A stretch of 63,003 bases of DNA, filler included, from Sphacelaria rigidula (Eukaryota), in assembly GCA_964200075.2 (NCBI GenBank). It is 9 parts of 9 records of this genome, joined end to end, with 100 filler letters (N's around TTAATTAATTAA, not from the genome) between each part and the next. Parts side by side here need not be neighbours in the genome. Positions count along the whole stretch, not along the records: positions 1 to 6,912 come from CAXNAA020017445.1; positions 7,013 to 13,924 come from CAXNAA020017446.1; positions 14,025 to 20,936 come from CAXNAA020017447.1; 6 more parts are not named here. One strand, written 5' to 3'. Shown piece by piece: positions 1-16,421 of this stretch. Both the position numbers and the translations under genes were made by a program. The notes under the pieces were generated by a model. The model ran no database searches. It was not told the origin of the DNA and was given only the letters and a program-made list of their open reading frames with translations. Within the stretch, counting starts at the first letter, position 1. Each line of letters opens with the position of its first letter.

Positions 1-120
1 TTAAACCCAAAACAAAAGTTCTTTTGCCGCCCCAAAGCCGTGACAAAAATGTTTTTCATGGTGGGGGTCTCTCTCCCCCCCCCCCCCCCCCCCACCCCAA
101 GAAGTGGCCGGTTTAGGGAG

Positions 121-381
121 GAGGGATGCTACGGTCGGGGTGCACAACTATTTTCTGAGGTTGGAATTGTTAGGAGTCCTTGATCTCAACCAGAACACGA
201 CTTGCGAAATGTGTGAGAGTACGCCAGGATTACCATTCCAATATGCTAGGGATATCCCGGATGAATTTGCAAACGAGGCTGCCCTTACCCATATTCTTGT
301 GCATCTAGAATTATTGTGAAGAGCCCCTTAAACAGACAACATTTCGCGCAAGAAGTGCGCCCCTCTACCGTAGCATTGCTC
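121..381. mobile_element. Non-autonomous DNA transposon (MITE), GAG...CTC termini, 4-bp TSD, Sola2-like
   Basis: TIR GAGGGATGCTACGGTCGGGGTGCAC / GTGCGCCCCTCTACCGTAGCATTGCTC; flanked by GGAG on both sides (117-120, 382-385). Confidence 0.75.
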
Positions 382-404
382 GGAGGCAATATCTGTACAT
401 GAAT

Positions 405-588
405 CGAAATGAAAAATGCCGAGCACAGCGAGCAGCTGGAAATTCCCACGCTTGGGTTCCTTTTCGCTAATGTCGCCAATAATATGACGCGCCTCATGCA
501 ACCTGCAACCACACATCAAGCGTCCTATGACCACTATTTTCTTCGTGACAATTTTGGGCTGGTTTTGTGAGGGGGGTATCGTAGAAAG
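405..588 (-). mobile_element. Partial copy of the ~245-bp MITE family seen at 50082-50324
   Basis: Reverse-complement match to the internal sequence of 50165-50260 and 7013-7105; ends in GGGGGGTATCGTAGAAAG TIR. Confidence 0.6.
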
Positions 589-1242
589 ACCCATTGACGA
601 CCCCACTCCCTCCCCCCGACCTTCCTGGAACTATTTTGGGTGTTTCTCGTCTTCCGTTCCCTCAAAGACTATATGCGAAATCATTATTTTCGGGCTTTGA
701 AAGTGTCCCCTTTTTCACAGCCAAATCGAGGCCAAAAGAAGGTGCTTTCGCACAAAAACCTTGTGGGGGGCGGAAGACGGGAAGCTCCCGAAAAGAGTTT
801 CATGGAGGTCGAGGGGCATGAGGTCCTCCATGTGAAATTCACTTGTCAGGACTTCAGGTCAGACAAAGAAAGAACTCTTCTGGAGTTTAACCTCATCGTA
901 GTGTTCAACCTCATTGAAAGGTCCAACCTCTTTTTCGCGGGTTTTTACTTTTATTTTTCGTTTCGGACATGTGCCGCGTATTGATCATGTTTTGATATCG
1001 TGTCAATATTTCAGCCTCTAAGGCGGTTTATCACCGGTAGTATTTTTTGGAGTGTATTTCCCGCATTTTTTTGGGACATTTGACACGGCTTTTGCCCTCC
1101 AAACAGGAAAGATCGCCATCACACACACGTCTTGGGCACTTCGCATCACCCCACCGAGAGGACAAAACCTAGAGACGACGCACTTTTTTTGTCCAGCAAT
1201 ATTTTTCATCAGCAAACATCCAACATTTTATTTTTCATCGTC

Positions 1243-1425
1243 TAGACCCCCATATTTCGGTAATCGGAATTCAAAATTGTACAGCGTGTAGAAATTGTCA
1301 ATAGATACCAGTAGGTGAAGGAATGAAACCACATCTCGAAGAATTGGTGTGAGTGCGAAGATTTTGATTCTCCGGGTTTTCATCCTCAATGAAAAGCTCC
1401 ATTCTGAAAATGAATGGATAATCGG
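1243..1425. repeat. Solo arm of the foldback element found at 4433-5190
   Basis: Aligns by eye to 5010-5190 (GTAATCG.AA.TCAAA...TACCAGTAGGTGAAGGA...TTCTCCGGGTT.TCATCCTCAATG.AAAGCTCCA). Confidence 0.7.
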
Positions 1426-1918
1426 CTGTTGTTGAGCTGGAAGAACACAACATGACGGGTGTGCTTGACAGCGCGACCGTAGCGCGCGCACAGCACCATA
1501 ACCACGATAGCGTGGATCCAATTCACAACCATTTTTTCGGAACAACCCTCCGCAGAACAATCCCCCCCCGCCACCTTGACGAGTATACCTCCTGTTCAAT
1601 ACACGGTTGTAGTGGTTCACAATGTCGTGCCTCCCGCGTAAGTGCTGGTCAACCTCGCGGATCACACCTCGACGATGAACCAATCAATTGTACCGCAATC
1701 AGTGTAATCGCAAAAGATCAAGTGCTCGACCGCGAATAAACCTTTACTGAGAAATGGTTCACTACACATGGTGGAGGGCACCACGCTGGCACACGTCATC
1801 CCCTATACACTCCAGCGATGCTACCAAAACATTTGAAGCATGCTTGTCTTCAAACAAAACATGCAATAGCGAAGAAAGGTAAAAAAAAAATGAAACACAG
1901 GAGGCGGCGGTTTCATTG

Positions 1919-6912
<4,994 letters not shown>

Positions 6913-7012
6913 NNNNNNNNNNNNNNNNNNNNNNNNNNNNNNNNNNNNNNNNNNNNTTAATTAATTAANNNNNNNNNNNNNNNNNNNNNNNNNNNNNNNN
7001 NNNNNNNNNNNN
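6913..7012. other. Artificial contig linker (N44-TTAATTAATTAA-N44); identical linkers at 13925-14024, 20937-21036, 27949-28048, 34960-35059, 41971-42070, 48982-49081, 55993-56092
   Basis: Eight identical 100-bp spacers with stops in all frames separate segments of 6912 (x4) then 6911 (x5) bp, i.e. length-sorted concatenated contigs. Confidence 0.99.
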
Positions 7013-7260
7013 CATGAAGCGCCTCATATTGGCGACATTGGCTTGAAAAAACCCAAGCGTGTGAATTCCTAGCTTCTCGTTGTGCTCGGCCCTTCCCATT
7101 TCGATCAATGTGAAGATTTTGCCTGAAAAAACCATGCACTTTTGGGGGGGGGGGCTATCGTAGAAAGTGTCACATTGGGGCCCAGATGTTTCTCATTGAG
7201 GGGCTCCTAAAGTGAAGAGCCCGGCAAAAATGCTTGTGCACCCCTACCGTGGCACCACTC
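7013..7260. mobile_element. Contig-truncated MITEs: right part of the 245-bp family (to 7170), then right end of a Sola2-like element (to 7260)
   Basis: 7013-7170 matches 50168-50324; 7235-7260 TGTGCACCCCTACCGTGGCACCACTC matches the right TIR of the GAG...CTC family. Confidence 0.6.
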
Positions 7261-8253
7261 CACAGCAACGTAGTGTGAATTAGTGTTGTTCACTATTTTG
7301 TGGTAAACCCCTCGGTCAGGCTAGCAATGAGTTGAACGTCGGCTGTAGAGGCATGGAGTTAAACAGTTGTACGACAGCAACATCAATGAAACAAGCACGG
7401 CATAGAGCCGGTGATGAGAGACGATGTAATAGCTTCAAAAGATGGCGCTTGTTTTTCGAGATACATGAAGAGGAGAGTGTGGCATGGCAACCCTCCGGTT
7501 GGTAAAGTGCAGCAGAGCGAAGATGCTGGTGTGCACCACCCCGACGGCTGTGTCTTTTTGCGCCCCATACTTCAACTTGTGAGTCATTGACAATGTTCCG
7601 TCTGGTTGCTACACATACACTTCGCTCAACGAATCATATGCTCCTTGGACCCAACTTGCGGACACACACCAAATAGGGGCACGAATCTCCTCGCTAGTAG
7701 CTTGCGCGCCGTACGTCTCGGGGCTTGTTCCGTGTGAGACGTCGCGCAGGCTCAGCTGACGCCTTGAATCATGTAGAGCAACCACGGCCTAGCTCCCCGC
7801 TCCCACCCCCTTTGACCCGCTGCTTTGTTACATATCACCTCAATTGACAAATTGTGAACCTAGTTCTGGGCCACGATCTGTCGATGTTCTGTACATTGTG
7901 AGAGAATGCGCTTCGGTCGCGACCATGAAACGAAGACAATAAATACCCACAGTGCGTGATCACAGTTTTCAGGTAGGCCTTAGGGTGCGACTGTCCACCC
8001 CAGCTCCAGCACGCTCGATTCCAAACCTGCATATACAGCCTTCTACGAAGTATTATCTGTTTCTTTTTCCAGAATGCTCCTCTCGCAATCAGGAAGTACG
8101 AGATAATGCGGTTAATTCGCATTTATCGACAAGCATGGAGTATGGTCAAAAATGTGGAAGGTGGGAAGTTGAGCTTCCAACTGAGTTGTGAACCTCCAGG
8201 TTCTTACTCTGTGAGTTCGAGAGACGGAGCAAATGGGACTGTCATCAAAATGT

Positions 8254-8567
8254 GGGGGCGTACTCATGATCTTGCATGCCGTAGTGATATGACGATTGAC
8301 CTCGCATCCCTACAAAGTCGGGACGGAGCGCACCGGATTCTCGCCGTGCCAGGCTCGCAATCAATCACCAAGCGCGCAGCACCGTTACTTGTTCGGTGGG
8401 TCGCGTAAAGGGTGAGCTGCATCCGGCTAAGATTGTTCGGCCCGAAGGCTACTAGTAATTTTTCATTTTGACGACAGCGTTCAACAAGTTGCCTCATTTT
8501 TTCTAGTATCGATCGCCAATTCCAGAGACAACCACGACTTCTACACTGCCTCATGGGTGTCTCACCA
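8254..8567 (-). mobile_element. ~315-bp dispersed repeat (family A), putative non-autonomous retroposon ending GCATGCAAGATCATGAGTACGCCCCC
   Basis: Near full-length matches at 37075-37352 and 47489-47790; partial copies at 42071-42143, 42250-42285, 50773-50817, 51690-51786, 54218-54418. Confidence 0.75.
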
Positions 8568-10514
8568 TCGTCGAAATGAGGGAGAATTCTGCTTGATTCT
8601 GTTTGTTCCCTCTCTCTCTTTCCTCCGACCCCCTTGTCGGGTGTGCCAGAATAGCTTCAACTGTTGCCCACAAAATGGCGTTGACTGTCAACCAATCCAA
8701 CACATGTCAGCCAGCAGTATGGAGTAGCCATGTGCAAGACTGCTTGGGGTATACCGAGGCTTTCCAAAGTTCTCATGAATCCCCGGAATGTTACCTATAA
8801 GGGAGACTACCCCGTAGTGGTCATGGCGTTGGTGATGACCTCCCCGAACTTCATCGGTGTAAATCGCAACAATTAGATCCAGCGAGACGTGTACTATGGT
8901 GAAGCAAAATTCAGAAGCTCGATATCGTAGAGGAGTGTAGCATTGGCCGGAACGAGGGGAGGGTATCCGGTCCTTCCGTACCCGTACTCCGGTTGCACGG
9001 TAAGCTCGATCCTCTGACCCACGCTCATCTGTCAACATCAGCAGGGTGCAAGAGGAATTTTGTTGTGCGTGTTTTTGCAGGTGGGGGTTGGCAAGATGGG
9101 CAGCGGTCGATCTTTAGCATAAGATCGCCGGGTACAAAATGCGTGACTGCAAGATGTGGGTATTTCACCGCCTGCGAGATTTTTAGTAGGATTATGTAGC
9201 AGTCAAGATATAAGGGTGACAAGTGTCAACCACAGGTGCCTCTGTGCGATGTGAGAATCACGCACCCGTTTCCGGTTGTTGCGACTCGTTCTGGGCTTCA
9301 ATATCCTAGCGATGTATATTTTACATTGCATAGCATATTTCCGTGATCTGTCGGAGTAAGGCTGAAGGTTCGCAAGGAAATCAAAAGCGCTACTGCCACA
9401 AAGTATGCACCGGACGAGTTCCAGTGGTGTATCAGAGCTCCCTGCGACATCGCCTTGCACGGTAAGCATTCTTGTTGGACATACCTTGGGGATGACTTCT
9501 TCCCAAGCTAGCCAGTCATGTATGGACCAGATGAAGTGCCCCCAGGCCGGCCGTTCGTCGCCCAAACACGAGGACCCAGGGCACGTTTCCGTGAAGATAT
9601 CACACGAAGAGATGCATGAACATGTATGTAGAGTCTGGTCGTTTGCGTATCGAGATTGATGTGTGTGTTGCTGCATTCGCACCAATCGAGGATGGCATTT
9701 CGCGCAATCGACACTGGGTACTTTAGGTAGCTCGATATTTCTTCGTCAGCATGAGTTCCACAGCAAGACTGAGAACAGCTATTCGGCCGACGGCTTTCGT
9801 TTCACCTTGTATGTGTGTACTAATCTGAATGCAAAGCTGGATGTACCGTCCGGCGTCACCTCACGACAGTTGAACGGGTGCGTTTTTTCTGGTCTAAGAA
9901 ATGGATCGTCTACAAGTTACCCACCTCGAATTAGATGCCCCAGGCCAATTTTGCACTGGAGTGGTGTCTTTCTCGCGCGACTGGAGTCAAAGATAGAACG
10001 ATCCTCGAGGAGCTTGTTTACCACGGTGGATTGCGACGTGGGGCGACACAAATGGTAGCGAGATGGGTATTGGTGAAGGGTGTCCCACCTGTAGCTGCAC
10101 GCTGTGCACTACGCAATCTAAAAATGTTAAGAGTTCGCTGCACCTCATATTCGCAGGGCTGCGTCATGAAGGAGTCGGAAGTGGGACTGGTCCCGATATA
10201 CCATCCCGCCTTCCCCATTACATCAACTCCAAACACATGGACAAAGATGCCCCCGACAACTCGTCCGCCAACCTTCACTCACATCGGCCGGCACTATATA
10301 CGTGGATATCGGTGCCATGCCAGCGACTTAGATGCGGGTGTTACGATACCGTGCGAGGGGGCTCGATGCGGGTAATACGGTAGCGTGCAAGGGAGCTTGG
10401 TGCGGGTATAATTACCATGCAAGTACAGCGTTTTCGCTATGGAAAGCTTGATTCATGCGCACACTGTTATTTTCGAAATAGACAACCTCCCTTTTTTTTC
10501 TCATCACACTCTGA

Positions 10515-10820
10515 CCCCTCCCCTCCATGGAGACGAGTCTATGTTCTCAAGGGATCAACCCATCGCTCTCCCCGGTACACGCCTTGCATTTTGGTCTCGC
10601 GGATTGGGTCAGCACTCCTGCAACGCGTCAAATCTGGTCAAACCATCATATTTGACCACCTTTTGTCTACTCACGTCCTCATGATTTCGACGATAGGAAT
10701 CAGATATCTCGAGGGAATACGACGCATTTGGCAGGAGTCGAACCCAAGTTATCTCCACCACAATATATATATATATATATATAGTGTTTGCCGGACCATT
10801 GGACCACCGGATGCTGCGAC
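10515..10820 (-). mobile_element. tRNA-derived SINE, second copy, with a (TA)n expansion between the A and B boxes
   Basis: A-box TGGTCCAATGG, B-box GGTTCGACTCC on the minus strand; body shares TCAACCCATC...GATTGGGTCAGCACTCC...TACTCACGT with 4700-4900. Confidence 0.7.
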
Positions 10821-11994
10821 TACAAAGGTCACATGAATACATTGCATGCCTTGGGATATCTCACCGCGACGCGCGGAAAGTATCATGTCTACCCGACGTA
10901 CTGCTCTGACCGCGCGCGCGTGTGCGCGAGGAGTTGTGGCACATACCCATCCCCTCGAAGTCGAAGGTTCGAGAATATAGGGTGGTATGTCGAGTATCCT
11001 CATTAAGTTCATGTACGTTGTTGTCCCGTAACAGAAGAACAAGACCTCAAGGCTCGATCCGAAGTTATATGTACGTGAACTCAGGTTAATTCTACAAGTA
11101 TCGTCATAAATCTACCACCTGGGAATAAATGATATCTCAACCTTCAGACGCGGCGCTTGGAGCGAATACTGATCTCGTACGAGCCGCTGCAGGGGACAGT
11201 CGGATGGTGTTGCGCATGCATGGCGAATGTCGCGGTACTATGTGTATCCTACCGGATTAGTGGATCTTTTTTACCGCAACTGACCTTGCCAACATAGTGG
11301 ACGCTGACTGTGTACCCCTTAGCGGGGAAGTGTGTGGCGTCACTGCAGAGAAGTGCGGTACATGTCACGCGAGAGTGCGAAGGGGCGAAAGCTGAAAGAA
11401 GAGTAGTAGTAGACGGACGGGCAACGTGCCCTATAGCGTGTAGTGCGCGATACAGTGATTCACTTGGGGTTGTCGAGTCAGTTGATGTCTGCAAGGATAT
11501 GTCGAACGGTACGTGTCAAGATATCCAGGTACATGTTAGCGAACACAACACTATCGGACGGCGATCACGAACGGAAGTCTACACAGTATATCGCGTTAAA
11601 ACCCGCTTATTGGTCTTACCCAGGGGTGGTGGTGATGTACGCGAAACCAGAGGCCGGCGACTCGTCCTCTACCGGTGTCTCTTTGCTCATTTTTGGGGTG
11701 TTCGGTGTTTTTCGTGTCTTTGTACTTTGGCAGCTTCGGTGGGTTGTATGGAGATTTCTTAGTTATCTACCTGCCACAGGCCAGAGTAGAGCATGTGAGA
11801 GCATGGAGTACGCACGGTACCTTGACGGTACCAGTCATTTGTCTTCAAAATGGAAAATGGTTCAGGGTACACGTGAAATTGGAACATGTCAACCTTTTTT
11901 GCGTGGTATCCGCAGAGTCTGCCCTTGGCAGCACCCTGACAGCTGATACCAACACTCCAGACATGCTGCGCATTTCTCGCTCGCAGCCGATTGC

Positions 11995-12620
11995 ATGGTG
12001 AGTGCTGGAACGCCAGCAATGCCTTCTGGAGAAAGGCCAGTCGGCGGTGCTGCCTCGGTGCAGCGACCACTGCCCACTCGAAACGCAGGCAGCAGCCCTG
12101 TGCGTTCGACGCCGAGGCAAGCAAGCTCCTCCGGCGGCGAACGGGGGCAGTGGGCTCGAAGCCATGGTGGCGACTATGGCAACACCAATAGCACCGACAG
12201 ACCAAGGGGAAGCTACCATGAAAGTGGCTCGAACCAAAGACGTCCTAGAAGTATGGGAAGCCCTACTGATGTTGCTACTACTGTCCCGGTCGGTGATGGT
12301 GACGACCACCATCACGACGAACAACCTGTCGGAATAGGCAACAGTGGGCGCAGCGACACGCGCGGGCTAAGAGGGGCAGCTGTGACAGCTGCTGGGGGTG
12401 AACTAAACCGGCGTTGGAGCGAGGATGGAATTTCTACGGCACCAGAGAAACCTGATAGTGGCGGTAGTGGCGGCATAAGCAGAAGCGCCGCGGAGTTTCG
12501 GGGGCGTGTTGGGTTATTGGGCAGCGGGGTGGACCGAGGGCTCGCTGGTGTAGGGTTGTCATCTTCGTCATCGTGCTCGCTATGGGCGTTACCTCCGCCT
12601 CCGCCGCCCAGCGGAAATGC
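11995..12620 (+). CDS. Possible low-complexity (S/G/R-rich) exon of an unidentified gene
   Basis: Long GC-rich open frame (ORF 11995-12813) with composition typical of disordered coding sequence; no recognisable domain; the antisense frame is also open over 12312-12748, so strand and boundaries are uncertain. Confidence 0.25.
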
Positions 12621-13275
12621 CGTCCCGGCGTTGCTGTCACATCTTGCAGGTTGGTTCCTGTGGTGCTTCTCATCGCGAATGTCTTTGCAGGCTTTTTTGG
12701 CACTGGTTCGGGGCCCGTGTAGACGGTTGTTGTGTCTTATTTTGGACCTACTGAAGTTTGAATTTTGCGGCCAAATACAGTATCATGTTTGGCACTACCC
12801 TCTGTACATTTGATTTTGAATTTTCAAACGGAAAATGCACCAACTGTAATAAAAATTCACACCTGACTTTTTGCGGAGTTGCACAATCCTGTTCTCTCTG
12901 TACTGCACGTTGCTCGCTTCTTGTTCACGTCCTGCTGTACAAAACAAACATTGCATGCAGACAGTACTGTACCGTGTGTACTACACGTTGTCCTCTTTTT
13001 TTCAACATCCCACTGTATGGAACACTCGAACTCAGACACTTTATGCAGACAGTACAGATACTGTAGTACTGTTTTGTGTTGTCTGCACGAGTACTAACTA
13101 CAAGTGAGCGCACGCGCACACGTTCTTCATTTATTTTTCAGCAGCTTCCTGATTTCATCGTTGTCCGAAATGATTTTCAAGCCGGTCTTCACGTAATCCG
13201 AGTGATCCAGTCGGAGGAGCAAGACGTTCTCGAGATTCGTGCTGCGCGTGCCGTGCTACTCGGCTTTGTGTAGCC

Positions 13276-13485
13276 ACACCGCGTGGTGGCCCTTTGGCTT
13301 GATGAGCGGTCTGTCTTGTGTGCGCTGTCTCTCTCGGCCGCCCCCGAAGTTAGAAATTACGTCTACTCACCGCCATAAGAACACCGCGTGGTGGCCCTTT
13401 GGCTTGATGAACGGTCTGTCTTGTGTGCGCTGTCTCTCTCGGCCGCTCCCGAAGTTAAATATTACGTCTACTCACCGCTATGAGA
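13276..13485. repeat. 105-bp direct tandem duplication (2 copies)
   Basis: ACACCGCGTGGTGGCCCTTTGGCTTGATGA... starts at 13276 and at 13381; few mismatches. Confidence 0.9.
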
Positions 13486-15537
13486 ATGGTGGAAAAAAAC
13501 TGTTTCCGAATTTGATGGCGGCTGGATCACATAAAAACGGGTGCTTAGAAAATTCTGTGAGAGAAACTTGTTTTGGGAACGACTTTTTTCATATTTTTTG
13601 TTTTCAAACAGAAAGTCTTCTATTTAGACAATCTTTTGTGGCAGTCACCAATCTCGATCTCGTCGAGCATCGGGGGAAGTAAAACGCGTTCAAATCGGCG
13701 TTCCGCGATTTGGAGAAAGAAACGGGGTGTCATGATCTCACAACGATGTCCCCCGATTTTTTCGAAAAAGTCGGGGAAAAGCTGAGGTCCCCCCGATTTT
13801 GAGGAGGTGACGTATGTGCGTTGATGTACAATGGTAGGGTACGAGGCGTTTGATATTCTTACACAGGCACCGTAGGTAAGGTACCGTACCGAGCGTACCC
13901 CCGGTATTTACCGGGGTATCCCATNNNNNNNNNNNNNNNNNNNNNNNNNNNNNNNNNNNNNNNNNNNNTTAATTAATTAANNNNNNNNNNNNNNNNNNNN
14001 NNNNNNNNNNNNNNNNNNNNNNNNGAGGGATGGGACTTCAACCTCATATTTTGTTTCAACCCCAAAAATTAGGATCGGCTGTTAGTGGATAATCACAGAG
14101 CACTATTCTTGTTCCTCGTGGATATCTCGTCCCAGCTTGTAATGCATGACCTCCTCACATCGGAATAAATTCTGGAAAGCTGCTGTTGTACCGACGTCTT
14201 CACGCGGCCTGTGTGTGCCCCAGATTGCAGCATTGACGCACTCGTATGCGCCACGATAGCAACAGTTAGGTCACCACAATGGGTACCTTTTTTCTCTCCG
14301 CATGTCAAAAAGGTCTCCACAAGTGCTTGATCTCTCATACACCCTCCCAACTGGCGTGTGGCACGTTCTTCTCGTCGCGCACCAAGAGGGTCACATGTCG
14401 GGTAAAATCAACGATGAACAACACCACCCCAAGTTCAAAGTGGATCTGTTATTGCCGCAGCACCGTCTTTGCTGGCATGTGTGTGACAGACACAACAGCA
14501 CCGGTGACGTGAACATCGCCCTGTTTTTGAACGACGTGTTCTGCAGCGCACAGAGGCGCGTTCTGTCCAAAAAGAGAGGCAGAGAGAAATTGATATGTGC
14601 ACTGGTGAGCTCCACAAACAAGAAGAGACGAGACCCTCGGCACCTCGACGTTCTTCGAGGGGCTGTGTAGCAATAATACAACATGCCTTTCCGGTACATG
14701 ATAAATTCGGTTCATGCTGGTAGCATGCATGATGCCAGTCTCTCGAGCGATCGGTAATCACCGAGCGAGGACATACAACGAACACGGACGAGGAGATTCC
14801 TCTCTGTCGTTGCTTCCCTCTTCGGTGATATCGTCATGGACACGCGTGTATTCGTATATTGGTCAATTTTGATTCCGCAGATATCTTTCCGGGTGTTGCA
14901 AGATATGTTTCTTTGGCAGTCTTCGTAGAAAGCAAAGTTATCTAGAACAAGACTGAGAATGTTCGGCGGGACATTTTGTATGGCCCGTGGGAGATACTGT
15001 AGACTGAGAATATCCCGCGGGACATTGGCTTGATGTGTGGTTCTCGGCGTTGTAGGTGGGAGCTGTTGATCCCCTCGAGGGCCACTCTGTTCTGTTTTCG
15101 AATATTACATTTCTTCTACATTCATTGTGAACATGCTGCCGGGGCAGGCATCAATCTCCGGACACGCTACCACTACCGGCTGATGCTGCAGACTGATCGA
15201 CGGTGGAAAAGATGTCTCCGCCCGGGAGCGAAGCAGATAGGAGTGGCTCTCGCGCTACGCGAAAAAAAGGCCTGGCCCAAGTTCGTCGAGAGAACGAAGA
15301 CCCGAGAAATTCTCCGTCAGAACCAAGACCTCAAGATGTAGTCACAGGAGCTGCGAAGGCTACTTGAACCCAGCCTGGTGGGTCCAGAGGGGAACAGCGG
15401 CCTGGATGTAGGCCGCGGGGAGTCCTCTGTCGAAGATGGCGCGCCGGGAGTATCCAGTACAGAGTACGTCGGACGGCATGAAGGTGTCACCGACAAAAGA
15501 GCAGCATCGGCGTTGCAAACCGCAGCCCCAGCTCTTC

Positions 15538-15645
15538 AAGGGAGGTCAGCAGGTTTTCAAGGCCTGGCTCTTTCGGGGAGATCAGCAGGTATTCCAGGCC
15601 TGGGTCTTCCGGAGAGGTCAGCAGGTGTTCCAGACCTGAACATTT
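15538..15645 (+). repeat. 36-bp tandem repeat (3 copies) in the Copia gag region
   Basis: Encodes GRSAGFQGLALS / GRSAGIPGLGLP / ERSAGVPDLNIS. Confidence 0.75.
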
Positions 15646-15770
15646 CACGCCCACCAGCGGTAGGTACTGCTGAATGGTGGGAAAATGTAGAGGTGTCTGG
15701 ATCGAGTTTCGGTGGTGGTAATAATGCATGTACAGATGGCTTGTCGTCTTTCGAGATTAGAGGTGTTCGG

Positions 15771-15981
15771 TGTAATGCGTGAGAGGGCCGCGTGCTTAGA
15801 GGACCGCATCGGAATATGAACATTCCTATTGGTAGGGTTAGGATCACGGTTGGTGTTGGGGTAAGAGTCAGGGACGTGGTCCCTGCAGGGGCTGGCCCGA
15901 TTGGTTTTGGAAAACGTGGATCGTGAGGTGTTTCGAGCCACGGCGTGGTCCTCTAAGCACGCGGTCCTCTCACGCATTACA
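15771..15981. mobile_element. TG...CA MITE (same family as 2466-2658) inserted in Copia gag
   Basis: TIR TGTAATGCGTGAGAGG...CCTCTCACGCATTACA; TSD TTCGG/TTCAG; removing it plus one TSD restores the gag frame (EIRGVR-YSAGLKFDG). Confidence 0.9.
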
Positions 15982-16210
15982 TTCAGTACTCTGCTGGTTT
16001 GAAATTCGATGGGACTGCGTCGGAATTCCCATCATGGAAAGAGCATTTTTCTGTACATGCCAGGCCGTGTGGATTGTATGAAGTGTACATCACTACCGAT
16101 GATATTCCAGTGGCTGATATTGGAATAGACTTAGCACCTTTGGTTGAGCAGGGCTTGAGAGTAAGCCAAACCAAGCAAGCAGAGGCTGTTCGGTGGCATC
16201 CGGACGATTG

Positions 16211-16421
16211 TGTAATGCGTGAGAGGACGGCGTTCTTAGAGGACCGCGCCGTAGTTAAAAACACGTCAGGATCGACGTTTTTCAAAACCAATCGGGTCAG
16301 TCCCTGCAGGTACCACCCCCCTAATCATAACCCTAGCACTAGCCCTAACCCTAACCCTAACCATGGGGATGTTCAAATTCCGATGCGGTCTTCTAAGCAC
16401 CCGGTCCTCTCACGCATTACA
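16211..16421. mobile_element. Third TG...CA MITE copy, opposite orientation, with (CCCTAA)n
   Basis: Same TIRs; internal CCCTAACCCTAACCCTAACC; flanks GATTG/GGAGG do not match, so no TSD. Confidence 0.85.

Noticed and set aside
6957..6968. TTAATTAATTAA palindrome as a biological site
   Set aside because: It is the centre of the artificial linker, identical in all eight gaps.
8780..10400. Retroelement pol remnant on the minus strand
   Set aside because: Only vague motif echoes (VFGVDVMGKAGWYIG); no diagnostic RT, RNase H or integrase motif.
14100..14523. Minus-strand exon (GDVHVTGAVVSVTHMP...)
   Set aside because: Several in-frame stops and no recognisable family.
16318..16362. True telomere
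   Set aside because: Only a few CCCTAA units, enclosed by MITE TIRs.
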